Origin: Thermodesulfobacteriota bacterium
GTDB lineage: Bacteria > Desulfobacterota_D > UBA1144 > Nemesobacterales > JAJCZQ01
Direction of reading: 5' to 3'
Length of the DNA stretch: 64,000 nt
NCBI GenBank assembly: GCA_965215275.1
Contig: OZ244044.1
Location: forward strand, 544,001-608,000
Positions 1 to 8,046 of the stretch are shown here, in pieces (the first letter of the stretch is position 1; each line of letters begins with the position of its first letter). The position numbers and the translations under genes are program-made. The notes under the pieces are model-generated. The model was given only the letters and a program-made list of their open reading frames with translations. It did not search any database and was not told where the DNA came from.

Positions 1-2
1 AA

Positions 3-701
3 CTTACCGTCGATGCAGTAAATAAAAGGGTCCCGGTAGTTGCCGGCACCGGTTCAAACAGCACCCAGGAAGCCGTGGTACTAACACAGTTTGCACAAGA
101 AGTCGGCGTGGAGGCCTCCCTTCTGATAACACCTTACTACAACAAGCCCACGCAGGAAGGTCTTTATCATCATTTCAAAACAGTGGCAAGCAACGTTGAT
201 ATACCCATAATACTGTACAACGTCCCTTCAAGGACCGGAGTGAACATTCAGCCGGAAACCGTCTACAGACTTAGCAGCAACTGTAAGAACATCGTTGGTA
301 TCAAAGAAGCCAGTGGGTCGCTTTCACAGGCGAGCAAGATACTTGGTCTGTGCGGGATGGATTTTTCCCTTTTCTCCGGCGAGGACGCAAATAACTTTCC
401 TATTCTGGCAATTGGAGGACAAGGATTTATAACAGTTACCGCTAACGTAGCTCCAAAGAAGGTTGCAGACCTCTATAACAGATTTACATCAGGGGATATT
501 TATGGAGCAAGAAACATCCATTATGAACTTTTATCCCTCAATGAGGCTTTGTTCTTAGAAACAAATCCCGTCCCGGTCAAGAGGGCTTTAGCACTTATGA
601 AAAAAATTGAATTTGGCTGCAGACTTCCACTGTGCGAAATGTCAAAGGTAAATCTCGATAAACTCAGGCAGGTACTTAAAGACTACGACCTGGTCCCTTA
701 A
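3..701 (+). CDS. dapA: 4-hydroxy-tetrahydrodipicolinate synthase (5' truncated by window edge)
   Basis: Frame open from base 3 (LTVDAVNKRVPVVAGTGSNST...); TPYYNKPTQEG, YNVPSRTG and GIKEASG (Schiff-base Lys) motifs. Confidence 0.97.
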   Translation, partial: LTVDAVNKRVPVVAGTGSNSTQEAVVLTQFAQEVGVEASLLITPYYNKPTQEGLYHHFKTVASNVDIPIILYNVPSRTGVNIQPETVYRLSSNCKNIVGIKEASGSLSQASKILGLCGMDFSLFSGEDANNFPILAIGGQGFITVTANVAPKKVADLYNRFTSGDIYGARNIHYELLSLNEALFLETNPVPVKRALALMKKIEFGCRLPLCEMSKVNLDKLRQVLKDYDLVP

Positions 702-708
702 AACACAA

Positions 709-1311
709 TTGTCTATCATAGGCTATAAATACGAAGAACCTGTCTGGCAAAGAGGCAAAACGCCGGCAGGGGTTGATGAGGCTGGCAGAGGATGCCTGGC
801 GGGACCCGTTGTAGCCGCATGCGTGGTCCTTTCACCTTTAAATCCGGTCGATGGTATAGACGACTCCAAATCCCTGTCTTCATCAAAAAGAGAAAACCTA
901 TGCGAAACGATCAAGAAAAACTGTCTTGCTTACTCGATCGGTATCGTAGAGAACGATGAAATAGACAGAATAAACATTTTAAACGCTACAATAAAAGCAA
1001 TGGAAATCGGAATTACCGGCCTGAGCATAAGACCGGATATAACTTATATTGATGGGAACAAGACCACAGACCTTGACATAAAACAGATGGCAATCGTTCA
1101 AGGAGACAAGAAATGTAACTCTATTGCAGCCGCTTCAATAATTGCCAAGGTAACAAGGGACAGTATTATGAAAAAACTGCACGATACGTATCCACAGTAC
1201 AACTTCAGCAAGCATAAGGGATACCCTACAAAAAAGCATTATGAAGCAATAGAGAAGTACGGTCCCTGCCCGATTCATCGACTATCCTATAAAGGCGTTA
1301 CAAAGCTATGA
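709..1311 (+). CDS. rnhB: Ribonuclease HII
   Basis: GVDEAGRGCLAGPV, DDSK, DG, SIAAASIIAKVTRD, HKGYPT motifs. Confidence 0.97.
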   Translation: MSIIGYKYEEPVWQRGKTPAGVDEAGRGCLAGPVVAACVVLSPLNPVDGIDDSKSLSSSKRENLCETIKKNCLAYSIGIVENDEIDRINILNATIKAMEIGITGLSIRPDITYIDGNKTTDLDIKQMAIVQGDKKCNSIAAASIIAKVTRDSIMKKLHDTYPQYNFSKHKGYPTKKHYEAIEKYGPCPIHRLSYKGVTKL

Positions 1312-1368
1312 ACGCCTGTTATCAAAATCGCTTCAATAAACACAAAGATATTTGTATAATATACTAAA

Positions 1369-1713
1369 ATGCTGAACAGAGAGGAAAAATTGCAGTTGCC
1401 AGACAAACTATACTTCAAGATTAGCGAGGTTAGTGAGCACACCGGCGTTAAAGCTCATGTTTTAAGGTACTGGGAAAGCAATTTTGACGAAATTAAACCA
1501 ATAAGAAGGAATTCACAAAGGCTTTACGACCGTAGGACCATAAAGAATATCTTTAAGATCAAAGACATGCTGCAGAGTTATACCATAGCTGGTGCTAAGA
1601 AAAAACTGGAACATAATAAAACAACAGACCGTAAGCAGGTAAAAAGCAGTGACAGGTATCTGATCGAAGAGATTCTCAGCGAACTGAAAACTTTGAGAAA
1701 ACTGCTTAAATAA
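1369..1713 (+). CDS. MerR-family transcriptional regulator
   Basis: PDKLYFKISEVSEHTGVKAHVLRYWE MerR HTH signature. Confidence 0.9.
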   Translation: MLNREEKLQLPDKLYFKISEVSEHTGVKAHVLRYWESNFDEIKPIRRNSQRLYDRRTIKNIFKIKDMLQSYTIAGAKKKLEHNKTTDRKQVKSSDRYLIEEILSELKTLRKLLK

Positions 1714-1789
1714 GGGACATTATGGATAAATATAGGTATAAATAGGTTGAGACCAAAACTGATCTTTATTTTTAACTTTTTTACACTTA

Positions 1790-1918
1790 CTACTTACTTT
1801 CACTAATTCTGAAATTACCTTTCCCAAAAAATCCTTTAGGACGCTTTTCAATGACTTTAACCATAGCTTCTTTAGCATCTTCTATTGAACTAACTTGATT
1901 ATTCATATGAACCTTCAT
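1790..1918 (-). CDS. Small hypothetical protein (42 aa)
   Basis: Read by hand: MKVHMNNQVSSIEDAKEAMVKVIEKRPKGFFGKGNFRISESK*; co-oriented with the HicAB-like genes; below the ORF-track cutoff. Confidence 0.35.
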   Translation of the reverse strand: MKVHMNNQVSSIEDAKEAMVKVIEKRPKGFFGKGNFRISESK

Positions 1919-1939
1919 GCTGCTCTATTTGTCATTTCA

Positions 1940-2648
1940 CTATTAGAACCCCTGAGAAGTGTTATAGATTTTAAACTCTAATATCCTTACCTAATACCAA
2001 ACTACGAATAACTCCATTACTATGTTTTCTAATACTCTTAATCTGATTTTCTATAACACGTTTGAAATTCTCTATCATAGCATCATAACTTTTATAAAAA
2101 GTCTCATTTTCATCATAATAGTCATCAACATTTAATGTAGGACAACATACTTGATCAATACCAGGTTCATTAATACCTGTAAAATAATAGATATCATGAC
2201 CTTTATGAGAACCTATATGTTCAATATTTCTCATAAATTCATATCCATCTCCGAATATATTTTTCCTTTCAGACATATCATATCTGCTTTCATTTAAATA
2301 CTAGAACTCCTGAGAACCGTTATGAATTTTAAACTCTAATATCTTTATCTAATACAAAACTACGAATAATACCTTTACTATGTTTCCTTACATATTGAAT
2401 CATATCTTCTATAACATCTTTAAAATTCTCTATCATAGCATCATAACTTTTATAAAAATTCTCAGATTCATCATAATAATCATGGAGATTTAATGCAGGA
2501 CAACATACCTGATCAATACCAGGTTCATTAATACCTGTAAAATAATAGATATCATGACCTTTATGAGAACCTATATGTTTAATGTTTCTCATAAATTCAT
2601 TTCGATCACCAAATATATTTTTCCTTTCAGACATATCATATCTGCTTT
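1940..2648. repeat. Tandem duplication, period ~358 bp (copies ~1940-2290 and ~2298-2648)
   Basis: Long near-identical stretches in both copies, e.g. ccaggttcattaatacctgtaaaataatagatatcatgacctttatgagaacctatatgtt; both copies end in tatctgcttt. Confidence 0.95.
1971..2276 (-). CDS. HicB-like antitoxin, duplicated copy
   Basis: Paralog of the C-terminal half of 2329..2991; QVCCPTLN...TFYKSYDAMIENFKRVIE resembles the HicB partial RNase H fold (xCPxL...EAxxNxxEAI). Confidence 0.55.
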   Translation of the reverse strand: MSERKNIFGDGYEFMRNIEHIGSHKGHDIYYFTGINEPGIDQVCCPTLNVDDYYDENETFYKSYDAMIENFKRVIENQIKSIRKHSNGVIRSLVLGKDIRV

Positions 2649-2991
2649 TAATAACCTTTTGTTCATTCATAAATATATACCTCCCTAAATAATAATCTAT
2701 TAACTCTTCATCAAGAGTGCTGGGAATTCCAGCAAGTCTTTCTGCATCCCTAACATCTTGTATTGCTTTTCTAACATCTCTTCTATTATAATTCTTAACT
2801 CCAACCCTTTTATGATATGTAATAACTAATTTAACCCTACCATAATTTACCCCTTCTTCACCATCATAATCAAATTTATGATGAGCACCATTTACATCAG
2901 AAACAAAAAATCCTACTTTATCTAAAGCTTTAAAAAGTTTATCAAGTTTTGTTCCTGATTTAATTCCTGTAAGTGTTTTAACTCTCGCCAT
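2329..2991 (-). CDS. HicA-like toxin fused in frame to a HicB-like antitoxin
   Basis: N-terminal KLFKALDKVGFFVSDVNGAHHKF...LVITYH matches the HicA pattern (LxxxGF...GSH...PxH); the C-terminal HicB-like part has its own AGGGAGGT SD and ATG at 2670. Confidence 0.65.
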   Translation of the reverse strand: MARVKTLTGIKSGTKLDKLFKALDKVGFFVSDVNGAHHKFDYDGEEGVNYGRVKLVITYHKRVGVKNYNRRDVRKAIQDVRDAERLAGIPSTLDEELIDYYLGRYIFMNEQKVIKSRYDMSERKNIFGDRNEFMRNIKHIGSHKGHDIYYFTGINEPGIDQVCCPALNLHDYYDESENFYKSYDAMIENFKDVIEDMIQYVRKHSKGIIRSFVLDKDIRV

Positions 2992-3012
2992 ATCTATCTC
3001 CTATATAATCTA

Positions 3013-3246
3013 CTATGCAGTTGCTTCAGCAACAGGAAACTCATTATCAATCAATAATGATTTTAATTGATTGATATAATCTCTAATTTTAGTGCTTGAA
3101 TAACCCATCAATCTACCAAGTGTCGTCAGTGGAATTAATCCAGAACCGTCATTGTAACTACGAGTCATTTTAGCATCACGAGTTATGTATTCGTTATAAA
3201 CACGATTTGATGGATTACTGCTTCTCTCACTATATTTGTCTAACAA
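3013..3246 (-). CDS. Small hypothetical protein with HTH-like C-terminus, possibly a remnant
   Basis: LTTLGRLMGYSSTKIRDYINQLKSLL resembles an HTH (sigma region 4-like) or an integrase C-terminal box; start uncertain. Confidence 0.4.
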   Translation of the reverse strand: MLDKYSERSSNPSNRVYNEYITRDAKMTRSYNDGSGLIPLTTLGRLMGYSSTKIRDYINQLKSLLIDNEFPVAEATA

Positions 3247-3315
3247 TCCTGTAATACCCTAAATAAAACCCGTCTCCATGACATTAGAGACGGTGTACAC
3301 TTAATAAAGAATATA

Positions 3316-3341
3316 AAAAGGACCCCAAGCGGGGTCCTTTT
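3316..3341. terminator. Intrinsic terminator hairpin, likely bidirectional, downstream of hsp20
   Basis: aaaaggacccc-aagc-ggggtccttt(t): perfect GC-rich stem with A and T tracts on either side. Confidence 0.9.
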
Positions 3342-3342
3342 C

Positions 3343-3756
3343 TTACTTGATCTCTAACTTGACCTGATCGGGCCTGGTTTCCTCTTTCTTCTTCAACTCC
3401 ACCTTGAGAATACCGTCTTTGAAACTGGCGTCGGCTTTGTTGATGTCAACATCATCCGAGATGCTGAAACTTCTTGAAAACTTACCGTAACCGCTCTCAA
3501 TCCTTAGGTAATCTCCTTCCTCGTCCTTTTTTTCAAACCTCTTCTCTCCTTTCAGGGTAAGAGTGTTATGGGCCAGATCAATATCAATATCTTCCTTTTT
3601 TACGCCAGGTAATTCTGCCGTTATCACATATCCGACCTTATTTTCGGATATATTGACCTTAGGCGACCAAGGAACAGAGGGTTCTCTGCTAAAAAAACTA
3701 TCATCAAACTCTCTTAATAGATTGAGTGGTTCCCAATTTCTTAAAATTAAACTCAT
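3343..3756 (-). CDS. Hsp20/alpha-crystallin small heat shock protein
   Basis: AELPGVKKEDIDI, YGKFSRSF, ASFKDGILKV; SD GGAGG. Confidence 0.96.
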   Translation of the reverse strand: MSLILRNWEPLNLLREFDDSFFSREPSVPWSPKVNISENKVGYVITAELPGVKKEDIDIDLAHNTLTLKGEKRFEKKDEEGDYLRIESGYGKFSRSFSISDDVDINKADASFKDGILKVELKKKEETRPDQVKLEIK

Positions 3757-3907
3757 ATAAATTACCTCCTGTTATTTAATTTTTGTCTATAATTTGAAAA
3801 TATTCACGATTTCCTGTCAGTCAAGATAGTTTAATAAAAAAATTTTTTTACTTGCCTGATTATCACTAAATCAATTACATTATTTGACAATGGTCGGGAG
3901 AAAAGCG

Positions 3908-5590
3908 ATGAAGAGACAGGGCGGATGGCTGCTTGCAAAGACCCTTTATGATATGGGCATCCGGGACATATTCTCACTTGCAGGGGGACATATAAACCCC
4001 ATATATAAAGCATGCTCAGATCTGGGAATAAGGCTGATAGATACTCACCACGAGCAAGGAGCCTCAATGGCAGCAGATGCCTATGGACGGTCGACAAGGT
4101 CTCCAGGAGTTTGCCTGGTCACGGCAGGACCTGGGCTGACCAACGCTATTACCGGTCTTGCAGGGTCATACCTGTCCAACTCCCCTATGCTCCTGATCTC
4201 CGGCCGGTCGGGCATTGAGGAAAACGACAGACTTTCACTTCAGGAAATAGATCAGCTGGCAATGGTAAGACCCATAACGAAATGGGCAAGGAACATCTAC
4301 GATATAAACAGGATCCCCGAATACGTCTCAAGGGCTTTTAAGATATCACTGACTGGCAGACCGGGACCGGTCTACCTGGGCGTTTCCTACGAAGTACTGT
4401 ATCCACAAACCAGAATGAGCGGCCTTTCCTCTTATGATATTTCAGTACCTGACACCTCTTACGAACCAAAGGACACTGAAACAGATGACCTGTTAAAACT
4501 GCTGCAAAAAGCCAAAAAACCGATAACTATACTTGGAAGTGGTAGCTGGTACTCAGGATGCGAGGGAGATATAAAAGAATTCATGCTGAAACTGAACGTT
4601 CCCACTTTCACGCTCAACATGGGTCGGGGTATCGTTCCTGATAAGAACTGCTTTGGTGCAGCAAGTCCTTCATCTCCAAAAGGATTCAGAGAGATCTCCT
4701 CAAAAGCCGACCTTATCCTGCTTCTGGGTATCAGACCGAGCATCTATATGGGCTTTGGAAATACATTTAACGAAAAAGCAAAGGTCGTGCAGGTGGACAT
4801 TGATCCTGAAGAGATCAGCAGGAACGTCAAAGCCGATATGTCAATAGTTGCTGACCTGAGGTCCTTTATCCTGAAAATGAACGATGGTATGAACAAGAGA
4901 ACAAAGGAGCTTAGCTACCGCGACTGGAACGATCAGGCTGAACAGATAAAGAACAGCACTTACAAAGATTTTCAAAAGAAAGTCCTGAGCTCAAGAAAAA
5001 AAGCCGTTCATCCTGCAAAAGTAGCAAAAGTGGTAAGTGACCTAGTAAAGAACGACGGGATAGCCGTTGTAGATGGAGGTGACTGCCAGTCGTGGACGGA
5101 CGTAACGTACCAAGTGGAAAACCCGGGACACTACATAAAAGGCGGACCACTCGGATGTATGGGCGTGGGAATACCTTTTGCACTGGGAACCAAGGCCGCA
5201 AACCCCGATAAGAACGTTGTTCTGATAACCGGGGACGGAGCGGCTGCGATGAACTTTATGGAGATCGAAACAGCGGTAAAGCATCATCTGCCTTTTGTCG
5301 TTGTGGTGTGTAACGATTCCGCATGGGGAATGACCAAGCATCAGATAGAGATCACCTATCCTGAATTCAAAAAAATGCAGGGCGTTGACCTTGGCTTCGT
5401 CCGGCTTGATAAGATCGCAGAAGCATTGGGAGGACACGGTGAGATGGTTACCGAGATAACAAAGCTCGAACCGGCCTTGAAAAGAGCATTGAAGTCAGAC
5501 CGAACAGCGGTAATAAACGTCCAGACCGATCCTAAAGCCGTAAGCGGAGCGACGCGTTTTATCACTGAAATGATGATGAAGGGTATGTAA
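3908..5590 (+). CDS. Thiamine pyrophosphate-dependent enzyme (acetolactate synthase / 2-hydroxyacyl-CoA lyase family)
   Basis: HEQGASMAADAYGR, TAGPGLTN, GRPGPVY and the GDG...NDSAWG TPP motif; start chosen from the GGGAGA SD. Confidence 0.9.
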   Translation: MKRQGGWLLAKTLYDMGIRDIFSLAGGHINPIYKACSDLGIRLIDTHHEQGASMAADAYGRSTRSPGVCLVTAGPGLTNAITGLAGSYLSNSPMLLISGRSGIEENDRLSLQEIDQLAMVRPITKWARNIYDINRIPEYVSRAFKISLTGRPGPVYLGVSYEVLYPQTRMSGLSSYDISVPDTSYEPKDTETDDLLKLLQKAKKPITILGSGSWYSGCEGDIKEFMLKLNVPTFTLNMGRGIVPDKNCFGAASPSSPKGFREISSKADLILLLGIRPSIYMGFGNTFNEKAKVVQVDIDPEEISRNVKADMSIVADLRSFILKMNDGMNKRTKELSYRDWNDQAEQIKNSTYKDFQKKVLSSRKKAVHPAKVAKVVSDLVKNDGIAVVDGGDCQSWTDVTYQVENPGHYIKGGPLGCMGVGIPFALGTKAANPDKNVVLITGDGAAAMNFMEIETAVKHHLPFVVVVCNDSAWGMTKHQIEITYPEFKKMQGVDLGFVRLDKIAEALGGHGEMVTEITKLEPALKRALKSDRTAVINVQTDPKAVSGATRFITEMMMKGM

Positions 5591-5696
5591 ATTCCATGCC
5601 AGCGGCAGATCCGTTACTTTATTGTTGCCCAAGCTTTACCGGCAGCGATCATTTTGAAGGTCCCTGCTGCAGATGTTACGACCGGCCGTTTTACAG

Positions 5697-6164
5697 ATGA
5701 GTATCTACAGGATACACAAAACCCAGCACCTGCCTATAACGATCAAGGAAGCCTGGGATTTTTTCTCAAATCCCAATAACCTGAAAAAGATCACTCCTCC
5801 GGAACTTGGACTTGAAGTAAGATCGGAAACCGGTGACAGGATATATGACGGTATGATAATAATTTACAGCGTTAATCCTCTGCCATATTACAAAACCGAG
5901 TGGGTAACGGAGATAAAGCACGTAAGGGGTCCGTACCGCTTTGTGGATGAACAGGTGATCGGACCCTATAAATTCTGGCATCATCAGCATTCTTTCAGTG
6001 AATCAGACAATGGTACACTGGTGGAAGATCTGATACATTATTCAGTACCTTACGGATATCTCGGAAGGCTGCTCAACAAGCTCTATGTGGTCCGGAGCTT
6101 AGATCGTATTTTTGAATACAGGTCCGACGTACTTAACAGGATCTTCTCAGGCAAGGTCAAATAA
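5697..6164 (+). CDS. SRPBCC family protein
   Basis: AWDFFSNPNNLKKITPP, WVTEI, FVDEQVIGPYKFWHHQH. Confidence 0.88.
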   Translation: MSIYRIHKTQHLPITIKEAWDFFSNPNNLKKITPPELGLEVRSETGDRIYDGMIIIYSVNPLPYYKTEWVTEIKHVRGPYRFVDEQVIGPYKFWHHQHSFSESDNGTLVEDLIHYSVPYGYLGRLLNKLYVVRSLDRIFEYRSDVLNRIFSGKVK

Positions 6165-6341
6165 CACGTGGAACTCAAGTAAACAGATGAAGACCTGCCG
6201 TCAGGAAAACCGCCTGATCTGATGCCCGGACGTCATTTTACCTTTCTGTTACCAGGAGGATCATGTATAATTCCCATTGTGGTTCAGTAACATCAGCTTC
6301 AGGACTTATAACCACTTTATAAACTGAACGGATAATACCTT

Positions 6342-7229
6342 ATGAGGTTTTCAGAGTTTTACAGCACAAGAAAAAGGCCGGTCATCTCATTTGAAGTCTT
6401 TCCACCTCGCACGTCAAACGGGCTGAAAGAACTGGAACATACCCTGAACGACCTCGCGGACCTTTCTCCTGATTTTATCACGGTTACCTACGGTGCAATG
6501 GGAACGACAAGGGACAGAACACTTCAGGTCGCAGATTATATAAACAATCAACTGAAGGTAGAAACGGCATGCCACTTAACGTGCGTTGGTTCAGATCAGG
6601 ACGTAATTAACTCCGTTCTTTCGGCAATCAATAAGCTGCATATAAGTAATATAGTTGCATTGAGAGGTGACCCGCCCAAAGGAGAAAGTTCGTTCACGCC
6701 GCCTGAGAACGGCTTCTCTCATGCTGATGAACTCGTAAGGCATATCAGAAAGTATGAGAAACAGAACGGCTGCTCTGCCAGCTCCAGATTTGGCATAGCG
6801 GTAGCCGGATACCCTGAAAAGCATATCGAAGCTCCAAGTTTTGAATCTGACCTTAAAAACCTCAGGAAGAAAACAGATGCCGGTGCGGACGTAATTATAA
6901 CTCAGCTGTTCTTTGATAATGCTCACTACTTTGAATTTGTAAAAAGAGTGAAAACCACGGGGATTGATACTCCCGTGGTTCCTGGTCTAATGCCCATACT
7001 GTCAGCCAGCCAGATAAAAAAAATAACCACTATGTGTGGCAGCAGCATTCCTGCTGAACTTACAGAGAAACTTAACGACCCGGGTTACGATGCAGAGGAG
7101 ATCGGGATCAGCCACTGTATAAAGCAGCTGAACGGACTTCTGCAAAGTGGCGTGCCAGGCGTGCATTTTTACGTTTTAAACAAATCCAGTCATATTAAAA
7201 AGATATTAAAGTCCGTACTTGTCAAATAA
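6342..7229 (+). CDS. metF: Methylenetetrahydrofolate reductase
   Basis: SFEVFPP, VTYGAMG, HLTCVG, ALRGDPP, AGYPEKH, ITQLFFD. Confidence 0.96.
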   Translation: MRFSEFYSTRKRPVISFEVFPPRTSNGLKELEHTLNDLADLSPDFITVTYGAMGTTRDRTLQVADYINNQLKVETACHLTCVGSDQDVINSVLSAINKLHISNIVALRGDPPKGESSFTPPENGFSHADELVRHIRKYEKQNGCSASSRFGIAVAGYPEKHIEAPSFESDLKNLRKKTDAGADVIITQLFFDNAHYFEFVKRVKTTGIDTPVVPGLMPILSASQIKKITTMCGSSIPAELTEKLNDPGYDAEEIGISHCIKQLNGLLQSGVPGVHFYVLNKSSHIKKILKSVLVK

Positions 7230-7254
7230 TCAGGGACCCCGCAGTTGAAATTCA

Positions 7255-7935
7255 ATGCCAGATACAAAAAGCCTGTTCGATAAAATATCCAGGTATTACG
7301 ATCTTTTAAATACCGTGCTCAGTCTGGGAATTGATAAAAGATGGCGTAAAAAGCTCGTACGCCGGGTGGATAAGGGGTCCACAGTCCTGGACGTGGCGAC
7401 CGGAACGGCCGAGGTGATCTCAGAGGGGTTTAAAAACGAGGTGTTCTCCGAGAGCGTGGGTCTGGACCCGAGCATGAAAATGCTTGAGATCGGCTTTGGT
7501 AAACTAAACGCAGGACGGAAAGATAACCCGTTTTTACTCATCCAGGGAACCGCGGAAAATCTCCCGTTCGGTGACAACAGCTTTGATGCCGTCACCATCG
7601 CGTTCGGTATAAGGAACACCATACATTACAGGACGTCCCTGAAAGAGATGTTCCGCGTTATAAGACCAGGCGGAAAAGTTGCCATCCTGGAATTTTCCAT
7701 ACCGACCTACCCAGTCGTCAGGCAGGTATATCTTTTTTACTTCAGATACGTAATACCCTTTGTTGGTTCAATGTTCAGCAGCAGAAAAGAGTACGAGTAC
7801 CTTTCAGAATCAACATTAGGGTTTCCACAAAGAACGAAATTCCTGGACGTTATGACGGGCAGCGGATTCGCTGACTGCAGATATGAGGAACTTACGCTCG
7901 GAATAGCTATAATATACGTCGGGGTGAAAAAATAA
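7255..7935 (+). CDS. ubiE: Ubiquinone/menaquinone biosynthesis C-methyltransferase
   Basis: FDKISRYYDLLNTVLSLGIDKRWR, LDVATGT, AFGIRN, ILEFS. Confidence 0.93.
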   Translation: MPDTKSLFDKISRYYDLLNTVLSLGIDKRWRKKLVRRVDKGSTVLDVATGTAEVISEGFKNEVFSESVGLDPSMKMLEIGFGKLNAGRKDNPFLLIQGTAENLPFGDNSFDAVTIAFGIRNTIHYRTSLKEMFRVIRPGGKVAILEFSIPTYPVVRQVYLFYFRYVIPFVGSMFSSRKEYEYLSESTLGFPQRTKFLDVMTGSGFADCRYEELTLGIAIIYVGVKK

Positions 7936-8046
7936 CGTCTTTTATCAGCCGCTCTGATATTATCCCGTTTACGGGAAATATCCCTACGGAACAGAGACGC
8001 GGCTGAAACTGTATCCCGTTAAATCCAGACAAAAGTCCACCTTATC

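Noticed and set aside
1940..2335. Repeated ~35-bp element after each HicB-like gene as an integron attC or dif site
   Set aside because: Too short for attC, poor match to XerC/D arms, no integrase; explained by the tandem duplication
3013..3246. Tyrosine integrase for the AT-rich insert
   Set aside because: Only 77 aa, with GY rather than GH in the box II-like segment and no other catalytic motifs; at most a remnant or an HTH
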